NCBI GenBank assembly: GCA_016748015.1
Contig: JAAOMT010000273.1
Coordinates: 62,001 to 126,000, forward strand
Length of the DNA stretch: 64,000 nt
Direction of reading: 5' to 3'
Source: Geosiphon pyriformis uo1
Taxonomy: Eukaryota > Fungi > Glomeromycota
The translations under genes were made by a program, and so were the position numbers. Below the pieces are notes generated by a model. The model was given only the letters and a program-made list of their open reading frames with translations. It was not told the DNA's origin and ran no database searches. The first letter of the stretch is position 1, and each line of letters begins with the position of its first letter. Shown here one piece after another: positions 1 through 13,901 of this stretch.

Positions 1-307
1 TCTTCTAATTTTGATCATTATTTCCAGTTTGCTTTGGTTATGTTTAAATCTTAAATTGATTTAAATGCTATAATTATTAAGACTAGTATACTGAAAAAAT
101 GTTGTATTAATAGAAAACTTCTGAAAATTAGTGCTGTTTTTAGTGCTAAAATTCAGATTATTTGGTTTTGAATTGTAAGATGTTTCTATTTCTCTTTCTT
201 AAAATTCTTAAGATTTTTCTCCTATAATTTTTTGATTTGCCACTTTTCTGAATGATTAATGTTAGTGCTGGTTTTTTATTAGATTATACTTTATAGAAAG
301 TACTAAA
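1..307 (-). mobile_element. 5' internal region (PBS plus leader/gag start) of Gypsy element J, running off the window start
   Basis: Minus strand reads LTR end gtaaca then tttagtactttctataa, a decayed form of the PBS tttggtgctttctgtaa at 49212. The region is similar to the element C leader at 49212-49330. Confidence 0.75.
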
Positions 308-1301
308 TGTTACAAATAATTATTTAGGGTGTTAAAACAAATAACAAACCCATAATTTGGTACTTAATAACTTAATAATATTAGTAATTTCGAAGGTTTT
401 GGTGAAGTTCTTTGTATAATGAACAGAGATTCAATTAATATTTTAGTACCCATCCTAAAAGTTTTTTTCATAAAATTTTTTTTTTAGTATGGTGGCCAGC
501 TTTTCTGACAGTTTTGTTTTTCTAATAAGCTATTCTTAATTTTATGAGTTTTTTACTCTTGTTTCACAGGTTTTTTACCAGACAATCTTTGATGTCAATA
601 ACTCAGTGCTTAATTTTTTTAATCAATTAATAAACAACAAAAAAATAAAATAAAAAAAATAAAAAAATAAAAAAAAATAAAAAAAAAAATAAGAAATTAA
701 TATTCTATTAATAGCTATAATTAAGAACTATTAATCTAATGTAGTTAAATATTAAATTCTATCAATATAGAATGTTAATAGAGTGGAAGTGATTGATTTT
801 TTCTTAATTAAGTAATAATAACATGAATTTAGATAATAATTAATATTTTATTGATATGTAATTTAATTTCACTTTAAGTTATAGAAAACTACTTTTTAAA
901 GGAAAGAGTATTGATTAATTAATGAGTTCTAACTAATTATTAATATTGATTTTGTTTTTTTGCTTTTAATACTCTTATTATATATATATAATTTTTGTTA
1001 TATAAAATTTCATATTTTTTTAAGCAATATGCTCTATTTTTTCTAATAAGACTCTTATTGCTTAGCAATATATCATAATTTTCTAACAATATATATATTG
1101 TTAAGCAGTATGTCATAATTTACTGACAATATATATATTGTTGAGCAATGTGCTTTAATTTACTAACAATATGCATATTGTTAAATAATATATTATAATT
1201 TCTGATATTATGTTTACTTACTAAGTACTATTTTTTTATTAATTTATTTTTCTTATCTGTTTTTTTTACTTTTTTTTTTTGTACTTTTTCTATGAGTAAT
1301 A
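308..1301 (-). repeat. 5' LTR of element J (C-related family)
   Basis: Begins tgttacaaat at 308 and ends gagtaata at 1301. Shares U5 blocks with the LTRs at 24990, 48360 and 60140. Carries a ~40-bp tandem array at ~1020-1220. Confidence 0.8.
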
Positions 1302-4300
1302 CTGTAATAGTCTTTCTAAGTATTACATTAACAAAAACTGAACATTAGAATAAGTCTTGATCACATTAAACTTGAATAATCTTTTAGTTAACAAAAAAAT
1401 TTTCAGATATTTATGCACTTTATTTTTCTTGGCAATTGAAATCAGCTGATTACTAATACTTAAGAAAGCAATTCTAATACCTTAATTGATAAAAATAGCC
1501 ACTGTTTTCTCATTGTTAATTGAAATATTATTGATTATAAAAAACTTACTGGCAATATCCAAAGCATACTGTATAGAAGTCTAACAATTTTCAATCCAAA
1601 TTGTGTCATTAACAAACACACTAACTGTAAAAAAGAAAGACATTCTATTATTGTTGCAATTCTGCTAGTTTTTGCTACAAATTTAGTATCAATTCAGTAT
1701 TTATACAAATGTTTATGTCTCTTAATCTTATACAAAAGTGAATTGTAAAAAATCCTCCACAAAAAAAATAAGAAGACTTTACTCTGATCCAATCTATTAT
1801 GTACTTTATAACCACCTAAAAGGCCAAAATCAGTCATTATTCTGTTAACACTATTTTTATGTATACTGCCAAAAAATTTGATAAATTTATTATATATTTT
1901 GATCCACTATAAGTTAGTTCTTAAATAGTACTAACCAACTGAGTTATATGTTTTGTACATATCTTGTAGAACCAACCAAAATTCACTATTTTTTTTAGAG
2001 CATCTTTAATTATTAACCTAATTACAAACACAAGAAACTAAATAGATATACCCTTTAAAACTAAAAAATTATTATCATAGAAAACATCAAATTTGCTATA
2101 TGCAGATAAGATCTGATTAGATAAAACCATAGAAAAAATCTTTTTTGCAGTCTTAATTAAAGCAATAAGTTGAATATTAGTAAGAATTCTATTTCAATTA
2201 TAAAGTTTAGAAATTATTAAGACCCAAGTTTTTTTCTATAAAGCAGATATACTACCAATAAACAAACATATATTCAACAAATCCAAAAGACATCTTGCTA
2301 TCTTATTACTATTATGCTTTCAAAGTTCATTAGAAATACCAGACAAACCAGCAGTCTTGTCATTAAACAGACTATTAATAACTAAAAGCAATTTTTTCAT
2401 ACCAATTTCTCTTATTATACCAAAAAAAGCATCATTTCTTATGTAATTCAACAGTATATATTGGCAAATTTAAAGATTAAATATTGTCACAGACACAATC
2501 TGCTTCTTTGTTCAACTTTCCATAATTATATTGACACTAAGTTTTACCTCTTTAAAATTCAAAACCAGCTTACCATCCACTACCAAATAATTTAAAACCA
2601 CTTTACTAATCCAAAATGCTCTTAATCATATCATTTTTATTAGAACTAAAATTTTTTATGCATTTCTCAATAACCTTCCTGATAGTTATCTCTTTAGCCA
2701 ATTTCGACTTGTATATTTTGAATCTTCTGTACTTTTTATGAACAGATAACAAATATTTGATAATATCTATAAACTTTTTACTATTTTACACTATGTTAAC
2801 AACTATAATAGCCTTATTCCTATTCAAAGTAGACTATTTTTTAATAAGATAATCAAACCCAAATATGTTATCTGAGCCTAACTTTTTAACAATCTTGGCA
2901 ATCAAAAGTTCTAATCCAAAAAACTTAAAAAACTGTCTGTTTTTTGAACACTAAAATTTATTGAACCAATGTTTTGAAAATATTTTATCAGCCAATTCCA
3001 TTATTATTTTTTTTAACAATATTTACATAATATTTGAATTACCACAAGTCTTAACATCTGAAAACTTATTCTCTATTATCAAAAGCTTGGCAGAAGACCA
3101 TTCCTTAAATTGTATCTATTTAGTACTATCTGTATCTTTAATTTTGAACTTTCAACAATTTTTGTTAGCTTGTTTATACAAGCCATTTAAATAAATATTT
3201 AATAGTCCACCCAAATTAATTAACATCAAAACAGTTTTGTAATCAGTGTTAAAAAATGTAAACACAGAATTAACTTTATAATTAATAACTACCAACAATA
3301 AGTTTTTACTAACAAAAATAAAATTCAAAACTTTTTTGACACTTTTTAAATTGCTTTAAGTTGAAGCTTTAACCAATGAATATCTACCAAATAAGTTGAC
3401 CAAACTTAAATCCAAACAAAACTTGAAACTTACACTCTTTTCAAATCTATTTTCATTGAAATTTCCACTCAAGACCACAAAAGTACTAGAGTTAACAGCT
3501 TTGACAATAAAAGAGTTGATATCTGAAATCTAACCAAATCTAGTTTCAGTAAAAACACCAATATACAAACCCAAAATTGTGACTTTTGAAGAAAAGTTAC
3601 ACTAAAACAATGTGACCAGAAACTTCTTCCACTTTGGAAACATAATGAACTAATGAATTGTTCATAATAACAGCAACTTCAGCACCAAAAAAATCTTTTT
3701 CCAAACCAAATATGAAGAAACATACCCCCTTAAACTTATTTGCAATTCAAAATTTGATACTAAATCTTAATTTTGTTTCTGTTACAAAAAAAATCATCAT
3801 ACCCAACTTTATATATCAACAAACAATGTCTTTCTGCTTGGCAAAAATATTTAAACTTCTAATATTATAAGTAACAAACTTTTATACCAAATCTGTTATT
3901 GAGAAGAAAGATTTTTCACACTTAAGCTAAAATTGTTTACTTTGGTTATTAAGTTTATAATAGTAGTTAACAGATTGTTTATGTTTTTTTTCAACTTTAA
4001 AATGATCAATTAATCAAAAACTACCACTTTTATAACAGTCTTACCACTAATGACCACACTCAAATCCTCACTTATCATTATATTTATCTCTTGATTTTGC
4101 AATAAAAAGATTACCAATAACTGACTTCTAAAGCTAGGCTAGAAAACTGTTAGCTCAAATATGTTTAACTTTTTAATCAGCTTATTAACTTGCTTTACAA
4201 AGTTGTTAAAACTGGGCTTAAGAATGATAAACCTATTATTCATATTCACAGAAACCAGCAGAAAAGACTTTATTTCTAAAGAGAAGCCTAAATTTAATAA

Positions 4301-4372
4301 ATTATTATGCACAAAAAAAGAAGGGAAAGACTTATTAGAAATCTTAGCCCAAAAAACATCACCAAAAGCCAC
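1302..4372 (-). pseudogene. LINE copy 1: ORF2 RT and APE endonuclease domains plus ORF1 C-terminus, decayed
   Basis: Minus-strand remnants include WLVLQDMYKTYNSV (RT motif A, ~1950), SVFVNDTIWI (catalytic FxDD region, ~1610) and endonuclease-like ILGLYIG and VLSGNFNE (~3450-3580). Many stops. Confidence 0.85.
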
Positions 4373-5535
4373 TGTTACCAGTAGAATTTTAGCTATTAAT
4401 TAGCATGAAATTATCCTTATAATTCCTATTATTAATTAGCATATACTATTATTATTCCAATTATTACTTATTATTTAATCAAATTATTAAATATCATCAT
4501 TCAATTAATAATCTAATTTGTACCATAAAAATTAAAATAATTAAATTACACAATACTCTAAACTATTTAATATAGTCAAAATTTGCCGAAATTGATGAAA
4601 ATTGGCCGAAATAATTAATAGTTTGTAGAAATAATTTGTAGTTTGCCAAAATGTATCTTTAGTTTACTAAAATTAGAGCAAAAAAAAAAGTGCAAGTTTA
4701 AAAACTAGTACTACAACAAGTTGTATAAAAGAAAAGCTTCTTTTTTTAAAAAAATGTATCTTCTTATAGTATCTTATTATAATATCTTACTTTAAATATC
4801 TTAATTAGAACAAATTATCTTTTTATATATCTCAAAATAAAAATTATATATTCAAAAACCAAATTCTTTGATTATTACACTTGAAATTCTCTTAACACAA
4901 CTAACATTTTGAAATTAATTAGCTACCAATTTCAGTAATCTGTTAGTGACTTTGGGTCTAGATAAAAAACGTTTCTCTTGACACAATTCTATTTTCTTTA
5001 TATTTCTTTTATTTTTCTTATTATAAACATTAAGATAGCCTACAAACAAGATTTTTGTAGAAAAGTTGATTTTCACAGCAAAATAATTACACATTTTTAG
5101 TAAGCTTTCAGATGAGCAATTTCTAAAAAAGAGTTGATGTTGTTATGGGTAAACTTAATGGGATATGATAGTAATATTTGGTGCTCTATTTTTTGGTTTG
5201 TCAAGATTGTTGGTTTTTTTCACAGTATTAGTGTTATCAGTCTCTGAAGATCTATTCCTGGATGTGAATTTACCTATTGAGTTCTTTGGTATTAAGGCAC
5301 AAAGTTTGTCTTTTGTTGATTGCAATGTTTTCTACAAATGTGAGCTTTTTTCTCTACACTAATAAGCACAGTTATTAGAGTTTAGTATTGTCTTTTTGCC
5401 TTTCTGGTAAGCTACCAAGATAATATTAATATCCAAAAACCTAAGGGGAGCTTCTTTTTTTTACTAGACTATCATGAAGTTTATTCCAAAACAGTCGATT
5501 TTTCTATGTTGCCACTTCAAGAAAAAAAAAAATAG

Positions 5536-5578
<43 letters not shown>

Positions 5579-5691
5579 AAAAATAAAAATAAAAAAAAAA
5601 TAAAAAATAAAAATCAGAAATTAGTATTCTGTTAATAGCCATAATCAAGAGCTATTGATCCAGTGTAGTTANNNNNNNNNNNNNNNNNNNN

Positions 5692-5743
<52 letters not shown>

Positions 5744-6459
5744 AAAAAAAAAGAATTAGTTCCTGTCAATTGCCGTGATCAAGAGCAATTGGTCCAAATT
5801 GTTAAGGGTTTGAGGCATTTATGCTAATAACATCTGTCTCAGAACAAAGGTAGAAAATACTGATTTTAATTTCAATTAAAATCCATAAGATTGGAAAATA
5901 TGAATTAATAAATTGGAATTTTTCATTTTAATAATTATTGTATTTCAGACTATAGATATGTGATAAGTATAATACAAAGTTTAATTGATTGCATAATTAA
6001 CTGTTTGTTTTTTCAACTTCTACAATTACTTGCTTTTATATATTCTTTTGGTTTTATAAGATTGCTTTCAATTGCTTCATTATTGCTAGCTATTGCTCAT
6101 TATTGCTAGTTACTGCTCATTATTGCTATCTATTGCTCCTTATTGCTAGCTATTGCTCACGTTTGTTCTATATTATCTCGAGTTGTACCATGTTTTTCTT
6201 ATTATGTTTCTTTGTCACGTTTTTTCCATAGCTTTTTGGTTTTTTCACTTGGATAACAATGTTTACTACAATGTAACTACATAAAGTAACTGGCAAAAAA
6301 TTGGCCATTCTACTTATAAGCTCAGCAGTTCAAATTATAAGAGATAATTTGAAGATAAATTCAGTTATTGGAGGTTTAACTACTTTCAGAAAATGTGAAA
6401 TTAGCAACAAACAAACAGTAACAACATTTAAGAAAAGAGACCAAAAACCTCTGGTAACA
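4373..6459 (+). repeat. 5' LTR of F, split by solo LTR E
   Basis: tgttacca...ggtaaca. Followed by decayed PBS tttgatgctct at 6460. Collinear with 28153-29106 once 5141-6262 is removed. Confidence 0.9.
5141..6258 (-). repeat. Solo LTR, family E (contains an N gap and poly-A)
   Basis: tgttat...ataaca termini. Perfect TSD atgt at 5137-5140 and 6259-6262. 10-bp tattgctagc/tattgctcat array at ~6070-6160. Confidence 0.88.
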
Positions 6460-6499
6460 TTTGATGCTCTTCCATAGAAATAACACAGCAATAACAACT

Positions 6500-9400
6500 T
6501 CAAAGTAGTGACCACACCAAACACAACAACTTTAGAGTATTATCAGTCAATTTACATTCACTATAAGCAAAGATTCAACATCCAAGACAAAATTGAAATT
6601 TTCAAGAAAATACTATACTAATACATTGAAAACTGCATCAACAATTATCTTTTTGGAAATTACAACATTTCAGAAGTTAGAAACAATTTTTACAATAATT
6701 TATTATACTATTTACAATTGAAAACTAAAAATCTTAACAGTAAAACACTTGCCACCTACTTTCAAAAACTTAACTTTAACATTATCCAGTACTGTGAAGA
6801 AAAATATCCAGTACAATTCAAATATTCTCTTGACTTTAAATCAGAACCAGAAAACAGCAACAACAGAAAACAGAAAGAGAAACTTTAAGTTAGCCATACA
6901 ACTTACAACACACCAAAAACAACTGCCAAATACTTACAAACACCTAAACAAAAAACCAGCATTAAATTACCACTTTCTATTACACCATTTTCAATTTTAC
7001 TTGCTTAACTACAAACACCAAATTCACCTCTTATCCAATTTTCAAGACCAAAAGATTTTACTTTACCAGAAAGCCCTATTCAACAACCAGAACCAATATC
7101 AACCAGCATCAATTTCTTTGATTATTTACAAAAAAATAAAAGTAATTATTCAAAGAACTTGAAAAGTAAAGAAACTGAATCAAAACAAGAAAAAACTACA
7201 AAAAACAAAGAAGAAATGACAACTGCTTATATTGTAAAGATTCCAGAATTTATGGATGAAAATAATGATACCAGCCCTTAAGAATGGCTTGACAAAGTTC
7301 AGAAAGCAGAAGATACAAATAGATAAACAGCAACAAGAATGTTAAAAATTATTCCATACTTTTTTTAAAGAACAGCAAAAGAATGATTTGAAAACTTAGA
7401 TAAACTCTTTGAAAATTGGTAAGCATTCAAAGATGCTTTTTTACAACAATTTACCAACAACAATACCTCTATCACTCTCCAAAATTGCTTTTGCAATATC
7501 AAACAAAAACCAAGTAAATCAGTTATAATCTATTTAGTGAAGTTTAACAAACTTCTCAGAAGAATTTGTCAGTTAGAAACCAATGAATACTATTTTGATA
7601 CCCAAATTTTAGATCAATTTATTGCTGGATTAAAAGATAAACTCATAAAAAAAGCATGTTCACATTCACTTTAAAATTTGGCCACTGCTATTTAACATAC
7701 AAAGAATTATGAAATGGCTATAGAAGAAGCTAACCACACAAAACTTGTAAATCTTGCTATTGAAAAAACCAGTTTAGCAGCTGAAAAAAAAATTGACCAA
7801 CTCACAAAAAAGGTTGAAAACTATTTTACCAACCAACAATAGCAACAACAAATACAAAAATATCTATCACAACAATAAAACCAAAACAACTACCCATTAT
7901 CATCAAACAGCCAAAACCAAAGTTGTCACTATTGTGGGATTCCAGAATATTGAAAACAAGACTGCAGAAAGCTACAAAAAGACCAATAAAACAGAAGTAA
8001 TCAATATTACTCTTCAACACAACAATCTTATTATCAGTTTTTACCATCAGCTTACTATTCTTCAAGATTCCAACAGCAAAAGAATTATTATCAGTCTGCT
8101 CTACAGCAGCAATATTAACAATCTTTACTAATTCAATAGTATCAACAACCACTTATACAACAATATCAAATACCAGCCCAAAGATTGGTTTAACAAAACC
8201 AATTCACACTTCAAAATCAATTCCAGAATAATAACAGAATCAACTCAAACAACCAATTAGTTTTCCAAAATTCTGGTTACCAAAGACCCAATTATTACTA
8301 CATTCAATCCAGTTACTTTACAATACTAAAAGAATCAGATTTTTAACAAACTGTACTTTCTGAAAATAAAGTTGCAGCACCAAGATTAAACTCTTTCAAC
8401 AATACTATTCTACCAGCCCAAATTGCTCAAAATAGCAACCTCTTAAATATATTTCTATTTGAATTTGAAGCCAATGAATCATCATTCTTGCTTAGCAATA
8501 CAGCAGTCAATGAGCAAAAAGCAATTACTGCTATGTATATTGAAACTGAAGTAAAAAGAAAACAAATCCACTTAATTTTAAACAGTAGATCAGCTGGAAG
8601 TATTATTACCTACCAACTAATGTAACAACTCAATCAAAATGTTGACAGACTAGTCCAAACAGTAATTATTACAACTAATAGTATAAAAAAAACTCCAGTA
8701 GGAGAAATTGATAACTTCTCTTTTATAGTTAATAGAATCACTATTTCAGTTAAAGTTTTTGTTATAAATGTATCTTAATATTAAGCTCTTGTCAGAAATA
8801 ATTGGCTCCTCAAAACCAATGTAAATCTAGACTAAAAAACCCAAAAACTCAAAATTTTATACCAAAGACAATATATCAGAGTACCTGCCATCTGTGGTAC
8901 TTTTAATAAAAGATCTGAAAAAACCCTAGTATTCGAATTTGAAGAGGAGAAAAAACTACTAATTATTGAAATCTTTATGGCTCTTGGATCAACATTCAAT
9001 TAAACTAAGGAAACAGAACAAGAAATTTTTGAGGAAACCAGAGAATGAAATGTTGTTTAATACTCTACACCAGAACCATGAAAACAACCACCCTACATCT
9101 TACTTAAATATAAAGATTACAAGAAAAAATTTTCATCAATGAAAGCATGTATTTTTCCAGAAAAAAAATATGAAACTTGTACTTGTTACATTTGTAAAGC
9201 ATACCATAGAAAACGATTTGGATACTCCAAACTAAATGGAAAATGGGACAACACTTTTTGTTTTATATGTGAAGACATGTTACTAGAAGAATACAACTGA
9301 ATTGATATTGCAATAAAAAGAAAAATATATAACCAAATCTGCCAATATGCTCTATCAATCTCGGAAAAAGTCAGAAGAGAAACACTTTTTGATGCAGTCT

Positions 9401-9916
9401 ATAATAGTGCTCTCAACAAACTCTACCACTATCCTTATAATGTTGAAATAATTTTTGACTTAGCTATGACTTTAATTAATAGAGCCACACAAGAAGATGT
9501 CTGTTAAATGAAAGATGCTAAGTACATTGAATACACAATAAAATTAACTGAATTCAACTATAAAGATGAAATAGAAACATATCACCAAATTGCAAATCAC
9601 ACTTACCCAATCCAAGAAGCTCAAATTTAATGATTAAAACAAATAAACATTCAATTATGTAAAAAATACATCATGCCTTGTGATGATAAATGATGTCCAA
9701 AATACTATGCTCTTAGTATTCCTTTACTCAACAAAAATGACCAGAAATAAATTGAGTTTGAAGAACTTGAGCCAGAAGAAGAAATTGCAACAACTTTAAT
9801 CTATTTTATTGAGAATTAACTAGCCTTACAACTTAAATACTTTAACAACAATGGTCAAAGAATCAAGCCAGAAAAAGCCCATGATATAGATGCTGGATAT
9901 AATCTACAATACTTAG
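6500..9916 (+). pseudogene. F polyprotein part 1: gag, aspartic protease, Cys-rich domain, dUTPase start
   Basis: Collinear with element A. Gag CHYCGIPEY knuckle remnant at ~7924, protease LILNSRSAGSII at ~8570, dUTPase motif 1 DAGYNL at 9889. Confidence 0.88.
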
Positions 9917-10730
9917 TGTTACTTATAGAATATAGGAAGTATATTAGTATATAAATTAGCCAATTAGAGATAGATGTAGTAAATGTGAAATTCCAGGATT
10001 TTTTTTAAAGAAATTGCAGAATTCCAGAAATTTCAGGATTCTCATACAAAAAATTGCAAGATTTCAGAATTTCAGAATTCTTCTTAAAAGAATTGAAAAA
10101 TCTTGATTATGTATATATAGCAGTAGCATTAGAAGTAAAAAAGAGAGAGATCTTTCAGTTTAGATTTAATCTAAGCAATCTTCTAATTCACAAATATTAA
10201 TAAATAATTATTTGCTATCTCAATCCACCTTTCATTATCAACACTTTATGTTAGTAGCTGCTAATACTTAAATACATTAGAACAATAGCTCTTGATTACA
10301 ACTATTAATGAGATACTAACACTCATTGTCTTGGCTTATTTTTTTATTTTTTTATTTTCTTTTATTTTTTTCTTCTTGTTTTTTCTTTTGTTATTTCTTG
10401 TTGTTGACTAATTGATTAATGATTAAGCACTAAGTTACAGATGTCATAGAGACTGGTAAAAGACCTGTAAAACAAGGGTAGAAAACTTATAGATTTGAGA
10501 ATAGCTTATCAGAAGGATTACTGGCCACCATGCTGAGAAAAAAATTTAACAGAATTGCAATTCTGGGAGGCTACTAAAACAACAATTAAATCTCTGTCCA
10601 TTATATAAAGAATTCAACCAAAACTTTTAAATACAACCAACTTACAGACATTACCAATATCATTAAGCAAAGTAGCACCAAGTTACAGATTTTTTATTTG
10701 ATTTGAAATCCCAAATAATCATCTGTAATA
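9917..10730 (+). repeat. LTR, family C, inverted relative to the G internal region
   Basis: tgttacttatag...ctgtaata. Closely matches the reverse complement of 24990-25843. Confidence 0.9.
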
Positions 10731-13700
10731 TTTTAAGTTGCATATATTGAAGTGATCTAAGTTTCTTATGTTCATTTGTTTCAATTGTTCTGGTTGAAGC
10801 AAATAACATTTGTTCCATTCATAGATAGTTTGTGATGTTATGTCAACATATTCACACAGTTGTGGAAAATCTGGAATGGAATTTGGTAGTTGGTTTTCGA
10901 TTCTGGTAATTAAATATTCAATGGTGGTTTCTTCTGATATCTTAATGATATCTCCTGTGTTGTTTTAAATGAGAATTTTGATGTGGTTTTTGTTTTTAGC
11001 TGGTATGTAGAGATTGATAAGCCCAATTTTTTTTGATTCGCAAATGGTTGGTTCTGCTTCAAAAATTTGTGCTAGATTCTTCATTTTTTTTCTACTGCTA
11101 ATATATGCCTGTTATATAGTGAAATGGAAATTGCTTAACAGATGGAGATAATTTCTCTCTTGTTAACAATTTTTTCCTCTGCCATGTTAACTACATCTAT
11201 TCTACCTGTGGATCTGAATTTATTAATTTCTCTAACTGTAATTTCTAATTTTTTCTGGTTTCCCACTAATATTAACTGAGCTATTTTAACCAAAGGCAGG
11301 AATATTGCCTTTTGTTTGGTTCTATAATATAGGTCTTTTCTGAATCATTTTGTAGCATTGCAATGATATTTCCTACATATTCTGCATCAATTATTTTTCC
11401 TCTTATATTAATCTTTTTTTTTGTTAGACTATTTCTCAATGCTAGTTGAACCATAGTTGTTGCTAGAATTTTTAGTGCTATTTTAAGATCAATATTGGTG
11501 TGTGAATGTGGTTCCAATTTGATAGCATCCTTTCTTGGATATTTTAGATTAAACCTGACATTGGTATCATGTACATGTTTGGGCATAATACTTTCATTAT
11601 TATTGCTGAACCATTTCAGTTTTTGCTCCTTAGTAAGATCAGGAAGTGTGATATATTGTTTAGAGTTTAAATCAGAATTTGAATTATTGTTATTTTGGTT
11701 GTCATATTGAATGGAGCTGGAACTGTTGTTATCATTATTATCATTGTTGAAGTTAAAATTGGGATTGAAAATTGATTCTGATTCTGATGCACAGCTGTTA
11801 ATTGGTTTTTTTTCTTTGAAGATCATGTAGATTATGTGCATCAGTGAATTGTGAATGAAGTCACACTTATTACAATATTGAAAATTACATGAAATTAAAC
11901 AGTGTTTATATAGTTGAGTGTTTAGTTATGTTAAATACTGCTTTTGTTTTTCCTTTGTAAGTGCTAAATTTTGATAATGTTTATGAAACTTCTCTGAATC
12001 TGTCTTTATGTTAAGAAAAGCATCTAAGTTAGAAATGAGAATGATATTGACTAGTTCTAAAAAATTATTTTTAATTTCCAAAATTTTGCTAGGCATAACT
12101 TTTTCAACTTTAACATTCACTATTTGCCAGATCTTGTTTTTATTATGTGGATAATTATCTAAGCAAAAAATTGTTCAATGCCAGGCTGCAATAATGGGTG
12201 TTCCATGACTCATCCAATTATTAATGAAGATTGTGTACTGGCACAAAGTGTTACACATTTTTTTTCAATTTAGAATGTTGTTCTATATTTTTTTGTTAAG
12301 CAACTATTTTCTATACACAAGACATAATTTATTGTTCCACTTTTTTTGACATTTGAGATACTCATAGCATTCACAGTGGCAAGACTTGCAGTAATAATGA
12401 GTTTTCATCCAGTGGTCTTTATCAAGTGCAATCCATGCTCTCATAGAAGATAGTTTTTTTTTCACAGTCTTTATATTTAAGGGGTATATATAGTGGTTTT
12501 GGTCTGGTGTTAGTGAAATACAATTTTTTCCAGCCACTAGTTTTTTCGATGGTTATTTTTTTCTGTAGTTTTTTTTCAGATAGGTTTTCTTTTTTTTTTT
12601 TCCCTTTATCTTTTCAGAACAAAATTAGTAGTAGCTTATTGTAGTTTTTATTGGCCTAAGAAACTTAATAAGCTTTTCAAATATATTTTTTTTTTCTTCT
12701 AGCTTGATCAATGGTTGTTTTTTCTTTGAAAAAGCTCTGAAATGTCTACACATGGCTGGTGTTCAAATGTGTTGACTATTTTGACTAAGCTAAAGCTTCT
12801 GTATAATCCAATCAAGTATGACATTGGTCTTGAATAGCCAGTTATTACTAATAAGTGCTTAGTACTAAATGGCTTCTATAATAAGAACTTTGATTGATGT
12901 GACAATACTACTAACTTTAAAGAGAAAGTTGTTGATTTTGTCTATTGGAGTCTTTGTTGTTTCATTAGTAGTAATTATTCATGTGCTAACAGTACAATCA
13001 ATTTGGCAATCTAATTGATTTATAAGTTGTCAAGTAATAATGCTGCCAGCTGATTTATTGTTTAGAATCAGTTTAATGAGCTGACTATCAACTTTAGCAT
13101 CTGTATACATTGCAGTGATGGGTTTTAATTCTAGGACAGCTCTACTAAATAGTAGCATTTCAACTGGTTCCTTAAGTTCAAAAGAAAAGATGATGATAAG
13201 TAATTAGTTTTCAGTAATAGTTGCTGGTAGTATGTTATTAATAAGTAGCTGCTTTTGTTTGGATTCTAGTTTATTGGGTAAGGCATCTTTTGGGATTACC
13301 AGAAAACTTAAATAGTGCTAAAAATTCGGGTTTTGGGCATATCCAGTTCCCGAATTCTGAGAACATAATTCTGATACTGGATTGGAGGAACTGGAAATTG
13401 GTTGATGAACTACTATCACCAATCTTCAGTTTTGTTGAGTTACTCTGAGTCTTCTATGTAATATCAGAGCTGGGTTTTGGGGTGGTATTTGAATTGGAAT
13501 TGTTTGATAAATAATTTGGAACTGTGGTTAATTAATTACTGAAGCTGAAGTTTGATATATTGGTAGTTAATAAATTGGCTGGTGTGTTATTTGGGTATAA
13601 TGGGGTGAATAGTGATTTTGATTTGGATAATAATTTGAAGTTAGAACCTGGCAATTGGAGTTTTGATATTGATTTCCCAATCATTGGTTATCTATCTTTA

Positions 13701-13901
13701 ATTTGCAGTCAATTTTCAAATATTCTTGTTTATCACAATAGTGGCAAACACATGTCTTCTATTGCCATTGCTGATTGGTTGATGATGATGAATACAACTA
13801 ATTTTGGAAACAATTCACATTTTCTTGATTATTACATTACTGTAGAAGTTGATAAATTGCCTGATTGTTAGCTAACTATCTTTCTAATTTTTGATTAATA
13901 G
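10731..13901 (-). pseudogene. G polyprotein: gag C-terminus, protease, Cys-rich domain, dUTPase and pre-RT spacer; truncated before RT
   Basis: ORF 11281-11841 has decayed dUTPase motifs (DTNVRFNLKYP, RGKIIDAEYVGNI). HYYCKSCHCEC at ~12380. Protease LILNNKSAGSII at ~13060. Confidence 0.85.

Noticed and set aside
5522-5755. Two poly-A tracts and an apparently doubled LTR hairpin motif
   Set aside because: It straddles an N gap, and the first motif copy matches the J-type LTR (~690-750). Likely a misjoin through poly-A.
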